Source: Somniosus microcephalus (taxonomy: Eukaryota). Taken from it: 64,000 bases of DNA. Both the position numbers and the translations under genes were made by a program. The stretch spans positions 308,326,001 through 308,390,000 of the forward strand of contig CM126203.1 in the NCBI GenBank assembly GCA_052327205.1, written 5' to 3'. The notes beneath the pieces were generated by a model that was not told where the DNA came from, did not search any database, and was given only the letters and a program-made list of their open reading frames with translations. Position 1 is the stretch's first letter. Each line of letters opens with the position of its first letter. This document shows, one piece after another, positions 25,251 to 38,618 of this stretch.

Positions 25251-26741
25251 TATTTGCCTGAATACAATCTCATGATTTTTGCTGGAGGATGTGTGTGTGT
25301 ATGTGTGTGAGTGTGTGAACACAGCATTGAGCTTGGCTGTGATTCCCTTGCATGTAGAATAGCTTGCTAGCTGTCACTGTCTAGGCTCACACATGCAAAA
25401 TGTTAATTGTACCACAATTTTCAGCTAGGTTCAATTTTTTATTCGTTTATGGGATGTGAGCCTTGCTGGCAAGGCCAGCATTTATTGCCCATCCCTAATT
25501 GCCCTTGAGAAGGTGGTGCTGAGCCGTCTTCTTGAACCGCGGCAGTTCATGTGGTGAAGGTACTCCCACAGTGCTGTTAGGGAGGGAGTTCCAGGATTTT
25601 GACCCAGCGACGATGAAGGATCGACAAAATATTTCCAAGTCAGGACGGTGTGTAACTTGGAGGGGAACTTGCAGGCGATGGTGTTCCCATGCGCCTGCTG
25701 CCCTTGTCCTTCTAGGTGGTTGGCGTCGCAGGTTTGGGAGGTGCTGCCAAAGAAGCCTTGGTGAGCTGCTGCAGTGCATCTCATAGATGGTACACACTGC
25801 AGCCATGGTACGCTGGTGGAGGCAGTGAATGTTTAAGGTGGTGGATGGGGTGCCAATCAAGGGGGCTGCTTTGCCTTGGATGGTGTCGAGCTTCTTGAGT
25901 GTTGTTGGTGCTGCACTCATCCAGGCAAGTGGAGAGTATTCCATCACACTCCTAACTTATGCCTTATGGATGGTGGAAAGGCTTTGGGGAGTCAGGAGGT
26001 GAGACACACGCTGCAGAATATCCAGCCTCTGATCTGCTCTTGTAGCCACAGTATTTATGTGGCTGGTCCAGTTAAGCTTCTAGTCAATGGTGACCCACAG
26101 CATGTTGATGGTGGGGGATTGGGCGATGGTAATGCCGTTGAATGTCAAGGGGCGGTGACTCTTGCTTGTTGGAGATAGTCATTGCCTGGCACTTGTGTGG
26201 TGCAAATGTTACCTGCCACTTATCAGCCCAAGCCTGAACGTCATCCAGGTCTTGCTACATTCGGGCAATGACTGCTTCATTATCTGAGGAGTTGTGAATG
26301 GAACTGAACACTGTGCAATCGTCAGTGAACATCCCCACTTCTGACCTTATGATGGAGGGAAGGTCATTGATGAAGCAACTAAAGATGGATGGGCCTAGGA
26401 CAGTGACCTGAGGAACTCCTGCAGCCATGAGTTTACAGATTGTGGTAGAATACAATTCTGCTGCTGCTGATGGCCCACAGCGCCTCATGTATGCCAAGTT
26501 TGGAGTGGCTAGATCTGTTCTGAATCTATCCCATTTAGCACGGTGGTAGTGCCACACAACACGATGGATGGTGTCCTCAGTGTGAAGATGGGATTTCATC
26601 TCCACAAGGCCAATGCAGTGGTCACTGGTACCAATACTGTCATGGACAGATGCATCTGTGACAGATTGGTGAGGACGAGGTCAAATAGGTTTTTCCCTCG
26701 TGTTGGTTCTCTCACCACCTTCTGCAGTCCTATGGCAGCTA

Positions 26742-27330
26742 TCATAGAATCATAGAAATTTACAGCACGAAGGGCCGAATGGCCTACTCCTGCTCCTATC
26801 TTCTATGTAGAAGGAGGCCATTTGGCCCATCTTGCCCATGACAGCCAACAAAGAGCTATCCACCCTAATCCCACTTTCCAGCACTTGGTCCGTAGCCTTG
26901 TAGGTTATGGCACTTCAAGTACATATCCAAGTACAGGAAACTCTCTTTTAACCGGCACCTAAATCCGGAAATCTCTCTTAACCGGCAAAATTCAGGAGTA
27001 GGTTCAGTTAAGTTTTACTATATATTAGTGGCCATGTAACTGGGGTTCCTGGATCTGTGGCCGTGTAACCGGGGCTCCTGCACCTGTGGCCGTGTACGGG
27101 GCTCTCGTACCATGGTAAGTGTACCTCTCTGTAATCCGGACTTTTTAATCAACCGGCACCACGCCAGTCCCGTCGGTGCCAGATAAAAAAGTGTTTCCTG
27201 TACTTTTTAAATGTGATAAGGGTCTCTGCCTCTACCAGCCTTTCAGGCAATGAGTTCCAGACCTCCCACCACCCTCTGGGTGAAATTTTTTTTCCTCAAA
27301 TTCCTTCTAAACATCCGACCAATTACTTTA
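26742..27330 (-). mobile_element. CR1 3' UTR fragment
   Basis: atcatagaatcatagaa tail and CR1 3' UTR text; hosts a TA-TSD MITE. Confidence 0.8.
26934..27200. mobile_element. Tc1/mariner (pogo/Tigger-type) MITE
   Basis: 26-bp imperfect TIR caggaaactctcttttaaccggcacc / ggtgccagataaaaaagtgtttcctg; TA on both sides. Confidence 0.85.
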
Positions 27331-27889
27331 AATAAGCTATGTCCTTCAGGACTCAGCCAGCTCGATCAGTAGTGGTGCTACCAAGCCACTCTTGATGATA
27401 GACATTGATGTCCCCCACCCAGATTACATTCTTGCCAACCTCAGTGCTTCTTCCAAGTGGGGTTCAACATGGAGTACTGATTCACCAGCTGAGGGAGGGA
27501 TCTGAAGCCATGGGGTCCCTCCCAACTGTGCTGCCACCCCTGGTGGGTCTGTCTTGCCAGTGGGACAGGACATACCCAGAGATGGTAATGGAGGAGTCAG
27601 GGACATTGGCTGAAAGGCATGATTCTGTGAGTATGACTATGTCAAGGCTGTTGCTTGACTAATTTGTGGGACAGCTCTCCCAATTTTGGCACAAGTCCCC
27701 AGATGTTAGTGAGGAGGGTTTTGCAGGGTCAACTGGGCTGAGTGTGCCATTGTTGTGTCCAAAACCAGGTGGTCTGCAAGGTTTTATTCTTATTATTGTT
27801 TTGCATGGCAGTTTGTTGCAACTGAGTGACTTACTAGGCCATTTCAGAGGGCAGTTAAGAATCAACCACATTGCTGTGGGTCTGACCGG

Positions 27890-28106
27890 GTAAGGACAAC
27901 AGATTTCCTTTCCTAAAGGACATTAGTGAACCAGATGGGTTTTTACAACAATCCAATAGTTTCATGGTCGTCATTACTATTACTGATTTATTTAATTAAT
28001 TGAATTTAAATTCCCCAGCTGCCGTGGTGGGATTTGAACTCACATCTCATGGATCGTTAATCCAGGCCTCTGGATTATTAGTCCAGTAACATAACTACAA
28101 TGCTAC
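27890..28106 (-). mobile_element. tRNA-derived SINE-like head
   Basis: Minus strand ggtagcattgtagttatg (A-box-like) ... gagttcaaatccc (B-box-like). Confidence 0.55.
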
Positions 28107-28261
28107 CATTCCTGATAAACAGTGCAAACATTCTTGCCTTTATGGTGAAGTCCAATTCTGGGAGTTCAGCACATAATCTAGGTTGCCATTTAAGTGCAGA
28201 AGTGCAGGTTTGCTGGACATTCGACGGAGCCATCTTTCAAATGGAATGTTAAACTGCAAGG

Positions 28262-29215
28262 TCACAGACCTGAAATGTTGGCCCCGATCTTGACTGGGGC
28301 GGGTTTGATAAGGGGGGTGGCAGCGGTTTGGTCGGGACACCCAAAAGTCAGGGTTTCCCCGCGTGCTGTGGAGTTTTGACTCCACAGCGTGCGTATTGTT
28401 TTACAGCAGGATCCCCGCTCGGAAGTCAGCCTGATTGTCAGGCTTGGCTTCCAGTCGGGTGGGAAGCAGGCCATAGCCCCAGGTAAGGAGCCTGCAACTC
28501 CTAGTGGGAGCATTGGGAGGGGCTGGGGGCTCCGATCCTCGATTGGGGGTATTTGTTTGAGGGGGGTGCAGTCTGATATGGGGTTCCAATCCCAAGGAAG
28601 AATGTAAGCTTGGTTGGCTGGGAGGAAGCACTCCTGCGCCTCCTGCCCCACAAGCAGTGCTGTAAAGGCACTTATCATCTCCCCAAATGTATCCTCACCT
28701 CCCTTGAGGCGCTGGGTTTCCCGAGGCCTGGGAAACCCGGCTGGCCAGGGTTAAACCTGTAAAACAGGTTAAATTAGAGTCTCCCAGCCTCATTAAAATA
28801 TTTAAATGACCAACCCGCCTCCTGGGAGCGGGTTGGGTGCTCACCACCCCCACCCCCCACAAACATCCCGTCCTGCCTCTGTTAAACCTAGAAGTGGGCA
28901 GGTTGGAGGTGGGTTGGGGTCAGGTTTGAGATTTTTTAATTGCTTAAAATAAAATAAAAAGCAAAATGCATTTTTTAAAGTGCTCCTCCAGGCCCCACAA
29001 AGAATGTTTAGACCTCCCCTGCCCCAGAATCCACCAAACCCCATTCCTACCTGCAAGACCCTCCTGGAACCCTCTTCCCCACACCTACTTGCATGTCAGT
29101 GGGAGGCCTTGGGCTGAGCGACTTTCAGGAGGCCAGCAGCTGCTTCCTACCTGGAACAGGTGAAAAGTGGACAGGTCTGCGACATGGTAATGAGGACCGG
29201 TGGTTAAAATCACTC
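28262..29215. mobile_element. Degraded Harbinger-like MITE(s), second family
   Basis: gctgggtttcccgaggcctgggaaacccggc and ttaaaatatttaaatga..cccgcctc shared with 45810-45990. Confidence 0.45.
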
Positions 29216-30005
29216 AGTCAGAGACAAACTGAATCCTGCGGGTTCCCACCAGAAACCCATTGGGAGTTAATAGCAACCCTGGTATGTTTGGAATTTAGGA
29301 AGAAAGGATAGTTCTTAGGGGCAGTTACCATAGTAATAATATCAATAAAATAAGCACAAGCAAAGTTGCAATATAGAGAGGCAAGATTAGCATTACCAAA
29401 CAGATGGCAATGCCTTTCTTGTATCCTGTCCAGAGTGTAAGAGAAGATTATGAAGGACATTCTGAGATATAGAAGTTATACTCACATCTTAGATGGACTC
29501 AGGTTTTATAGAGAGTTGAGAGTTGTTCCTAGGATGTATGAGGGTAGATTTTTCCATTTGCTGCACCTGGGGAATTGGCCTTCCCAGGGGCAGCAAAGAG
29601 GAAAATGTCATGTCAGATTTCTGCCCCCTTTGTGCCCACTGGGAATTATTGGGGTATCCCCTATGGTTGTTGTAAAGTCTGTGGGTTGTTTAGTTAATTA
29701 ATACACAGACTACCAGAGTAACTTAAAACAGGACTTTACTATTCGAAGGTCAGGGCGAATCTGCCCAATAAATCCTGACACAGCACTTATATACCGGTGT
29801 GGTCACCGTCGGTATTACAGTATACAGAAGCCAACAAAGTAGTGCAACACCTAAAGTAGTTCTCTTAAAGGTGGACGGTTACATACAATAGCTCTCTTAA
29901 AGGTAGACGGGTACATACACTACAATCCTCTTATTTTAGCTTACAACATACTGATTCCCCATTAAACATACATTATAACATATATACAACTTTATGCAAG
30001 ACAGT

Positions 30006-33000
30006 TCACAGATTCAGTCTCTCTGGAGGTTTCCGGACTCTGACCGGATAACGCCTCGGTGGTGTCGTAACTCCCGGCGGGGTAGCAGGTGCTTCTGGCA
30101 AGGTCGATTCGGCTTGAAGGACAGTGTCAGGTTCATCTGATTCCAGTATTACCAGATCGGAGGTAGGTGTTCTGGGTATCTCTGTCTCAACATTAACCGT
30201 GTAAGGTAGTGGAGTAGGTTGGCCATTTGTGGCTGACCCTATGATCTGGTCAACATGGCGCCTTATTATACTGTCCCCAATGTCCACCGTATACATCAAC
30301 GGCCCTAGCCTTTTTCCAATAGTTCCAGGCTGCCATTTCTCGGTACGGTAGTCCCGGGCCAAAACTTGTTGACCTATCTGAAAAGATCTAGTTGGCCTTT
30401 CATTCATGCCCTGGAATTGCCGGTTCTCTACGTCCCTTCTGACGTTTGGCTTAAGCAAATCCAGCCGGCATCTTAGTCGTCTATTAAAAAACATCATGGC
30501 GGGAGTTTGATTTGTGACCGCATGTGTTGCATTCCTGTACGCCAACAAGAAGCTATCCACCTTATGTTGTAAGTTAATGGCTTCATTACCCATGGCCTTT
30601 ATGGCCTTCTTGAAGGTCTGGACAAACCTTTCAGCCAATCCATTGGAGGCGGGATGGTATGGGGCTGACGTGTAGTGCTTAACCCCATTGCTCTTTAAGA
30701 ATTTCTTGAATTCTTCGGACACAAATTGCGGTCCATTATTAGAACAGATCTGTTCCGGCAGCCCATTCCTAGCAAATATGGTCCTTAACACTGTGATGGT
30801 TTTTTCCGTGGTGGTGGTGGACATCTTTATTACCTCCGGCCACTTGGAGTGTGCATCCACCGCTATTAGAAACATTGAGTCCATAAATGGACCAGCAAAG
30901 TCGACGTGTACCCTTTGCCAAGGAGATGAGGACCACTCCCATGGATGCAGAGGAGCCTGTGGTGGCGCGTTTTGGACCTTCTGGCATCCTAGACAGCTCT
31001 TAGTGATTTCTTCGATGTCCCCATCAATGCCTGGCCACCGCACAAACGCTCTTGCTAGGTTCTTCATTTTCACTCCACCCAGATGTCCCTCGTGCAGCTC
31101 CTTTAACACCTTCTGTTGAAGTTTGGGTGGAATCACCACTCTAGATCCACACATCAGGGTTCCTCGACACACTGACAGCTGTTCTTTTCTCTACGAAAAT
31201 GCTGGCAGCGTTGGTTCGCCCTGTGCTGGCCATCCCTCCACCGTTAAATCATAGACTCGTGAGAGAGTCGGGTCATTTCTTGTTTTGTTTTCGATCATCG
31301 AATTTGTTACTGGTAGACATTCCACTATGGATGAGTGGAACATCTCTACCGGGTCCACTGTAGTCGCTTCTTCTACTATCGGCAATGGCAAGCGCGATAA
31401 CCCATCAGCATTTCCATGCTGTTTGGACCTTTTGTATTTGATGTCATATTGGTGTGCCCCAAGTAACACGGACCACCTCTGTAACCTTTGCGCTGTCATG
31501 GTGGAAACGGCCTTGTTAGGGTTGAATATGGACACCAACGGCTGGTGGTCTGTCAGTAATGTGAACTTCTTGCCCTGCAGGTAATGATTGAATTTCTTTA
31601 TGCCCCACACAAGGCTGAGGGCCTCCCTATCTATTTGAGCATAATTTTGCTCCGCGGAGGTCAATGATCGGGACGCGAATGCCACTGGCCTTTCCGAGCC
31701 ATTTGGTAACTTGTGTGAAAGTACTGCCCCAATTCCATAGGGGGAAGCATCACAAGCTAGACGAAGAGGTAACGTTGGGTTGAAATGAGCCAACACTTCT
31801 TCAGAGGTAATCAACGCCTTGCTTCTGCGAAAGGCCTTTTTACATTCCTCACTCCACTTCCATGGTACTTCTTTCCGCAACAGAGCATTCAGCGGATGCA
31901 GCACCGTGGATAGATTCGGCAGAAACTTGTGATAATAATTAATCAACCCCAAGAATTATCTTAACTGTGATACGTTTTCCGGAGCGGGGGCCTTCACGAC
32001 AGCTTTTATCTTGTCAGGTGACTTGTGCAGCCCCTCTCGGTCAATGACATGACCGCAGTACGAGATCCGTTTTTGGAAGAACTCACATTTCTTGCGATTA
32101 ACTCGAAGGCCATATTCCTTCAACCTAGTGAGCACCAGTTTCAAATTTGTGAGGTGTTCTTCCTCGTCTTCTCCCGTAATCAGGATATCGTCTAAGTAAC
32201 ACTGCGTGCTTGGAATTCCTTGTAATACCTGCCCCATGGCCCTCTGCCAAATTGCTGGAGCCGAAGCTACCCCAAAAACCAGTCTATTATAACGATACAA
32301 GCCTCTGTGTGTGTTGATGGTGAGGTACTGACGCGACTCTTCCTCGACTTCCATTTGTAAGTATGCCTGTGCCAGGCCTATCTTGGTGAAGTGTTTCCCT
32401 CCAGCCAACGAAGCAAAGATATCTTCAATCCGCGGAAGCGGGTATTGTACCGTGTGAAGCACCGGATTCACTGTGATCTTGAAGTCTCCGCAGATGCGGA
32501 CCTTCCCCGGTCCCCCTGGCTTGTTACTTGGTGAAGACTTCATGACGGGAACAATGGGCGTGGCCCACTCACTCCAGTCCACTTTTGACAGTACCTCTGA
32601 TCGTTCAAGTTCTTCCAGTTCTGCCTCCACAGCAGGTCGTATCGCGTAAGGTACCGATCTGGCTTTGAAAAATTTTGGGCTTGCATGTTCTGCAATCTTA
32701 ACCTTTGCTTTAATTCCTCGCAGTGTTCCCAGTCCTTGCTGGAATACCTCTTTAGCTTCGTCCAATATTCTGGACAACCGTTCAGGTTTGACATCTTCCT
32801 TTCCGGAATCTACCGTCATGGTGTTTAGTGAATGCCAGTCTATCTTTATTTTCCTGATCCACTCCCGTCCCAGAAGTGGTGGACCTCCCTCAGGCAACAC
32901 ATACAGGTCCATCCTTTGGTGATCTTTGTCCTTGTATCTCACCTTGACTTCTATCTTTCCGATGGGGTATACTTTGTGCCCGTGTATGTCTGCAATACTA

Positions 33001-33976
33001 GTTCCGTATCCCGTAGGGGAATATGCTTGAATAACTTTTTATAATCATGCTTATTCATGACCGTCAACGCCGGTCCGGTGTCCACTTCCATTTTCACTTG
33101 GACTTTTGCAATCTGTAGTGTGATCCAGATAGCTTGTCGGTCAGCTTCATTACTCACATTGTGAATTCTCAGACTATCCAGCTCCTGGCCGTTTGGGTCT
33201 GAGTCCGAATTCTGTTCGTCTGAGCTCTTCTCAGCCACCTTGTGTACCTTGTTGTACTTTTCCTGTGATGGCTTCCTTTGGTTGTTGGTCTTCTTCCCTG
33301 ACCGGCATACCTTAGCTATGTGACCCAGTTTGCCACATTTCCTACATTCCTGGTTCTTAAACCAGCATTGGTTCTGGTCGTGTGTTGTCTTCCCACAACG
33401 ATAGCATTTTGTTGTACTCGAGGTAATTTGATCCACACTGAGTGCCGCTGCCTTTAGCTGCATTTCTGCAGTTCCCTTCGCTGCGGCTTCGTGCGATGCT
33501 GCAATAAGGACAGCCCTGTCAAGTGTAAGGTCGTTCTCTTCGAGTAGTCGCTTTTGCGTTCCTTCCTTTGACAACCCGCACACGAACTTGTCTCGCAATG
33601 CCTCTGTCAGATTCCCTCCAAACTGGCAGTGTTTCGCTAGTCTACGCAGTTCGACCAAGTATTCTGCGTTGCTTTCGTCTTTCCTTTGCGTTCTCGCATA
33701 GAATTTGAATCGTTCTGCCAACATCAACGGTGTGGGGTTCAAGTGATCCTTCAGAACAGTCACAATATCATCAAAAGTCTGATCCGCCGGTTTAGCTGGT
33801 GCTAGTAGATGCTTCAAGAGCCCGTATGTCTTCGCACCCATCGAGTTTAGCAAGGTTATAGCTTTGTCATCTTCTTCTATTTTATTGGCCTCACCATAGA
33901 TCTCAATGCGTTCCACATACATGGCCCAGTCTTCTACCTCGGAATTAAAATCGTTGATGTTACCACGCTTAGGCAT
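30006..33976 (-). pseudogene. gag-pol: gag-pol of element B with two in-frame stops and one frameshift
   Basis: ORFs 32951-33976 (gag, CCHC x2, VDTG), 31956-32942 (RT, YLDD), 31191-31952 (RNase H), 30006-31172 (integrase). Confidence 0.93.
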
Positions 33977-34258
33977 CTTCCTCTCTTCCTGATAACACCA
34001 CGGATTATTTCTTTAAATTTTCTTTTTTTTTCAAGATGGCGGTTCCCGCGAAAATGGCGGTTTCCCGCGCTTATCTTCTCTCCCCGCCCACTTCAATGGC
34101 GGTTCCCCGCTTCTGTCTTCTTCTCCGCCTAATGGCGGCTTCCCGCGTTTCTTCCCCTGGCGGGAGGGGTACACTTTCCCCACGGGCGACGGCTGCTGGC
34201 TTTCAGGTTCACAGCCTGCGCGCCGGCTTCAGTGCTTTCCCTTTTCTCGGCAGGGCAA

Positions 34259-34468
34259 CCGGCGCTGGGTACACCCCGTTGACGGCGAACAGTTTCAGCC
34301 GCTGGGCTGGCTCTCGCTCAGTTCCCCTTGCTCGGGCTCTGTCTCTCTCCCGCTCGCTCGGCTCTACTGGCGCTGGGTACACCCCGTTGACGGCGAACAG
34401 TTTCAGCCGCTGGACTGGCTCTCGCTCAGTCTCCCTTGGTCGGCTCTGCCTCTCCCGCTCGCTCGGCT
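34259..34468. repeat. About 109-bp direct duplication in the 5' UTR of element B
   Basis: ggcgctgggtacaccccgttgacggcgaacagtttcagccgctgg occurs at 34261 and 34369. Confidence 0.85.
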
Positions 34469-35472
34469 CCCAATCGCGCCTCCCAGCCCTCTCGCAGTCC
34501 GGTGCTTCCCTCCCCGGCTGCGGCTGAGTTTTTATAGCTTCCCGCGCCTACGCTCCCGGTCGCAGCGCTTCATGGCTTCGGTTGCTGCCCGGCCTTTTTC
34601 GCCAGTCGCGGTCTAGCTGTCTCACGACGCCATTGCGTCCCCAGCCTGTCTGTACCGCGGCTTCCTTGCTCCACGCTGCCCCAGTCTCAGCGCCTCTGGG
34701 CCCGACTTCTGTCCGGCTCCTTTTCCCCTCGACCGTGGTCGAGTGCACCGCCCTTACCCTCCAGTTATTCTTTTTACTTTCCCTTACTCACAGTCACCGT
34801 GGCCGCCTTGCTTCTCGTGCTGATCGGCTCACTCCTCACCGTGGCAGAAGGGACAGTCAGTGCCTGTTGCTGATGGAAGTCTTTGTCTCTAAATTCTTCC
34901 TCCTTTCTAGTGCTGCAGCCTCGAGTTTTCTCCCAGCAGAACGACGAGGGCGGTTGCCTCTTCTCGACGCTCGTTAACTGCTTCGGAAGTATTGTTGCCG
35001 CAGGGTACGATCGGACTCGTCGCCACTGTAAAGTCTGTGGGTTGTTTAGTTAATTAATACACAGACTACCAGAGTAACTTAAAACAGGACTTTACTATTC
35101 GAAGGTCAGGGCGAATCTGCCCAATAAATCCTGACACAGCACTTATATACCGGTGTGGTCACCGTCGGTATTACAGTATACAGAAGCCAACAAAGTAGTG
35201 CAACACCTAAAGTAGTTCTCTTAAAGGTGGACGGTTACATACAATAGTTCTCTTAAAGGTAGACGGGTACATACACTACAGTTGTTACTACACCTACACC
35301 TGGATACAGGATTTAACCAGTTGAGAGTGAACGTTCTTGCCTCGTGTTCCTCCTTGTGCAATTGTTTGGCACCCAGCATGTAGGGAACCATGGTCATGGT
35401 GTGCTGGGTCTTTGGTACAGAAGAAGAAAGTGTTTGGTGGACAATTTGTTACAAGTGGACATGTTGTTATAA

Positions 35473-35676
35473 GCTAGAATGCACTGCCGGAAAGGGTGTT
35501 GGAAGCAGATTCAATAATAACTTTCAAAATGGAACTGGATATACACTTGAAAAGGAAAAATAAATGCAGAACTATGGGGAAAGAGCAGGGGAGTGGGACT
35601 AATTGGATAGCTCTTTCAAAGAACCGGCACAGGCACAATTGGTCAAATGGCCTCCTTCTGTGCTGTATGATTCTAT
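35473..35676 (+). mobile_element. CR1 3' end fragment
   Basis: gaatgcactgccggaaagggtg...ggcctccttctgtgctgtatgattctat. Confidence 0.8.
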
Positions 35677-36639
35677 TAATTTTTCTAAGCATCTAAATGC
35701 TCTTTTCTGGCTCTGTGCATTGAAGATCTTTTTGGGATTGTATTTAGTTTTCAATTTCAATATGATTTTGGATGCATTCAAACAACAACTTTGGCGTTGT
35801 TGTGAAGTAGTTTGCTTGGCACCGATGCTGCAGTTATAGCATAAATGCTGCCTAAATATTATGTTAGGGCCCAACCTGACACTGGAACAAAACAGTGAGA
35901 TTCTTTGGAGGAAATAGTTTCACTCCTCTTCAATTCAGAGTCAGTTTGATGCCTTCTCACTCCAAGTTAATTTTCAGTGCAAACTGAAACTTCTGTGACA
36001 ATACTAAACTTGTGGGGATGAATTTCCATGAGGTTTCTCCCACCATAACTTTGGTGGGAAAGCCTCAGGAACCTTGGAAAAATGGCATAAACATTGGAGT
36101 CTATTGCCATGCTGCGTGCCAACATCCAAGGAGGCTTCAGCTCATTGCTTTCTCCCACTTCATGAAAGATCGAGGCAAGTCAGTCAACTCAATGAGTAGG
36201 CAATGAATGAAGGACTGCAGGTCTTAAGGGACCATTTGGAGAGGTCAATGTTAACTGGATTGCAGATTATACAGGGTAGCATCTCAGAGGAACGATAAGA
36301 TATTTGAATGACTGGTTCTCAAGAATTTAACAGTCTTTCTGATTTCGTGAGGTTCGTTTGCCCAATGATTGATAGTAACTAGAATCTGGTTCCCAGTACC
36401 AGTGGCAAAGCTAGCATGCATACCTTAGATGCTGCTTCCCTCATGACAGCAGCACAGAGGATCACTCCATCAGCTCCCCGCAAAATCTTTGCAGGACCAG
36501 GTTGCTGAGGAGCCCACAACAAAAGGTTATCCTGTCCTGTGACCATCCCAGAACTGGGGGCTGGGGGGGGGGGGAGCGGGGGTGGGTGGGTGGGAGAGAG
36601 GGGTAAGAGAACGGCCACCTCTATTCCACGAGGCTCCTG

Positions 36640-37357
36640 GGGGAATAATTCGTTAGCGACCAATTTAGCGCCCGGTGAAAAATAGCGCTGGCGAGCGCTA
36701 ACTTCAGTTTTAGCGCCGCAAGAGGGAGGTGGAGTGCTAATTGAAGTGCTTCACTTCCTTCTTAGAGCACTAACCCTGAATATCAGGGCGGTGCATTTTG
36801 CAGCGCTACGCACTGGGCCATAGTGCTGCTGCATGGAAGGGCTCCTCCCCTCATTAAAGGGGAGGAGCCCAAGCCCACAACTCTGCGGGGCCCTACCTGG
36901 GCCACCGGGGAGCGGGATGCCATGCCAGCAGCCCAGCACACAAGAGGAGCGCCAGGCTGCCAGATAACGGCAAGGACCCCGCATTCAAAGACGCAATGGG
37001 CCGCGACAAGTAAGTCGGCCGATTTTTCTTTTTCCCCGCCCTCCACCCCCCCCCTTTAGTTAGCGCTCCATGAGCCTCCTGCTGTTCCATTCCCACCCCC
37101 TGAATCGGTCGCTGCCATTGCCCGGCGCAGATTCAGGGGGCGCAGGTCAATTTTGCAGGTGGGCAAAAATGGGACACTGCGCACAGTGATGATGTCATCA
37201 TCGCCTGCGCAATGGAGCGGGACGCTATCGGTTACCACCGCCGTTAAACCCCTGCTGAATTTAGCGGAAGTCGTTAGTGGCACCATGCCCGGGCGAAAAG
37301 TCATTTGTGTCCCCTGGGGCGCTAACAAGAGGCGCAAATGCACTGAATTTCTAGCCC
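36640..37357. mobile_element. GC-rich Harbinger-like MITE
   Basis: Termini ggggaataattcg / tgaatttctagccc; internal similarity to 8415-9117. Confidence 0.7.
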
Positions 37358-37729
37358 ATAATATTTTGCAGCAGCCATCTACATCTCAGACCCCAGACCA
37401 TCAGGTGTCAGGTAGAAGTGTTAGAATAGGGCAGAGAAAAACTTGCATGGTTACAAAGGATATACATGGTGACAGAACCAAACAATGTTTTTATAAATTA
37501 TTGTAATAAATCACTGGAATATTTGGTGTAATTACTGCTTGGTGTTTGTTTCTCTTGAATGACATTGGGGAAAAGGTAATGTGCTAATTTTGAGGCTCAT
37601 TATTAGGATATGATGGACAGCTTTGAAGAGCAAGGATTTTACTTCGACCATAGAGAGACTTGTAAGAGGCAGCAGATAACTGATGGGCTGAGACTTCCAA
37701 ATAATAGTACTCTATTCACCTGTGAAGGT

Positions 37730-38200
37730 GTGCCAAATGAGTCTGTCTCTCAGCGGTCTAGCAGTCATCGGTTTACCTGCTTCCTGTTCTTCATGGGTCA
37801 AGTCTACATTATCAGCAATGTCATCATCAGGCTCTCATGCATCCTCTGGGATATCTACCATCAGTCCTTTCCTCCTTGCAAAGTTGTGAAGCACACAACA
37901 TGCTGCCATAATTCATGAGATGGTGCTGGGCAAACACTGCAAGGCACCCCGGACCTACCCAGATTTGCCTTTGAGCATCCCAACACATTGTTTCTTATCC
38001 TTGTCTTCATGTGTGCTTCATTGTCGCACGCCCCTGTAGCATTGGCGGTCCTGCGAAGAAACACCATGAACCATGGGCGTAGTGGCCATCCCTTGTCACC
38101 CAGCAGCCATTCTGGCCCTTGTTCCTGTTGTTGAAATATTGCTGAAGCATTGGACTGTCAAAATATAAAAGCATCATAGCTCCTAGCATGTTGTGAATTC
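37730..38200 (-). pseudogene. Remnant of PIF/Harbinger transposase catalytic C-terminal region
   Basis: Minus-strand frames give WLLGDKGWPLRPWF..., NEAH..TR and MAACCVLHN, typical of HARBI1-like DDE domains. Confidence 0.65.
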
Positions 38201-38618
38201 ACTCAAATGACCTGCATTTTTAATGAATGGAAGCCTTTTCAGTTCATATAAATATAGAGGTTTGTATTTGGAGATGCAATGGCACATGGGTGGAATCAAT
38301 AGCCCCATCAGGCTTGCGGAATCCAGCAAAACTGAAAGATTTGACTCATGTATTGCTTGGGCATATAGTGCTGTTCCTTCATTGTCACTGGGTCAGAATC
38401 CTGGAACTCCCTACCTAACATAATTGTGGGAGTACCATCACCACAAAGACTGCAGCAGTTCAAGGAGAATGCCTAGCACCACCTTCTCAGGGCAACTAGA
38501 GATGGGAAATATATGTGGCCTTGCCTGTGTTGCCCAAGATCCATAGACAACATTTTTTAAAAGCTTATTTTGTTAAAGGGTCACTGCTCAATTGAGATTG
38601 CTTGAGATAACTTTTGGT

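Larger units (their letters stand above)
25437..27892 (-). mobile_element. Internally deleted LINE of the same family as 1-1985, interrupted by CR1 (26742-27330)
   Basis: RT-like GVPQVTVLGPSIFSCFINDL..FTDD (26255-26605) and C-terminal MEYSPLAWMSAA (25495-25947). Confidence 0.75.
29671..35280 (-). mobile_element. Complete Gypsy (Mag-like) LTR retrotransposon B
   Basis: Two 254-bp LTRs (29671-29924, 35027-35280; one mismatch seen), TSD GTTGT, PBS TGGCGACGAG at 35016-35025, purine-rich tract next to the 3' LTR. Confidence 0.97.
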
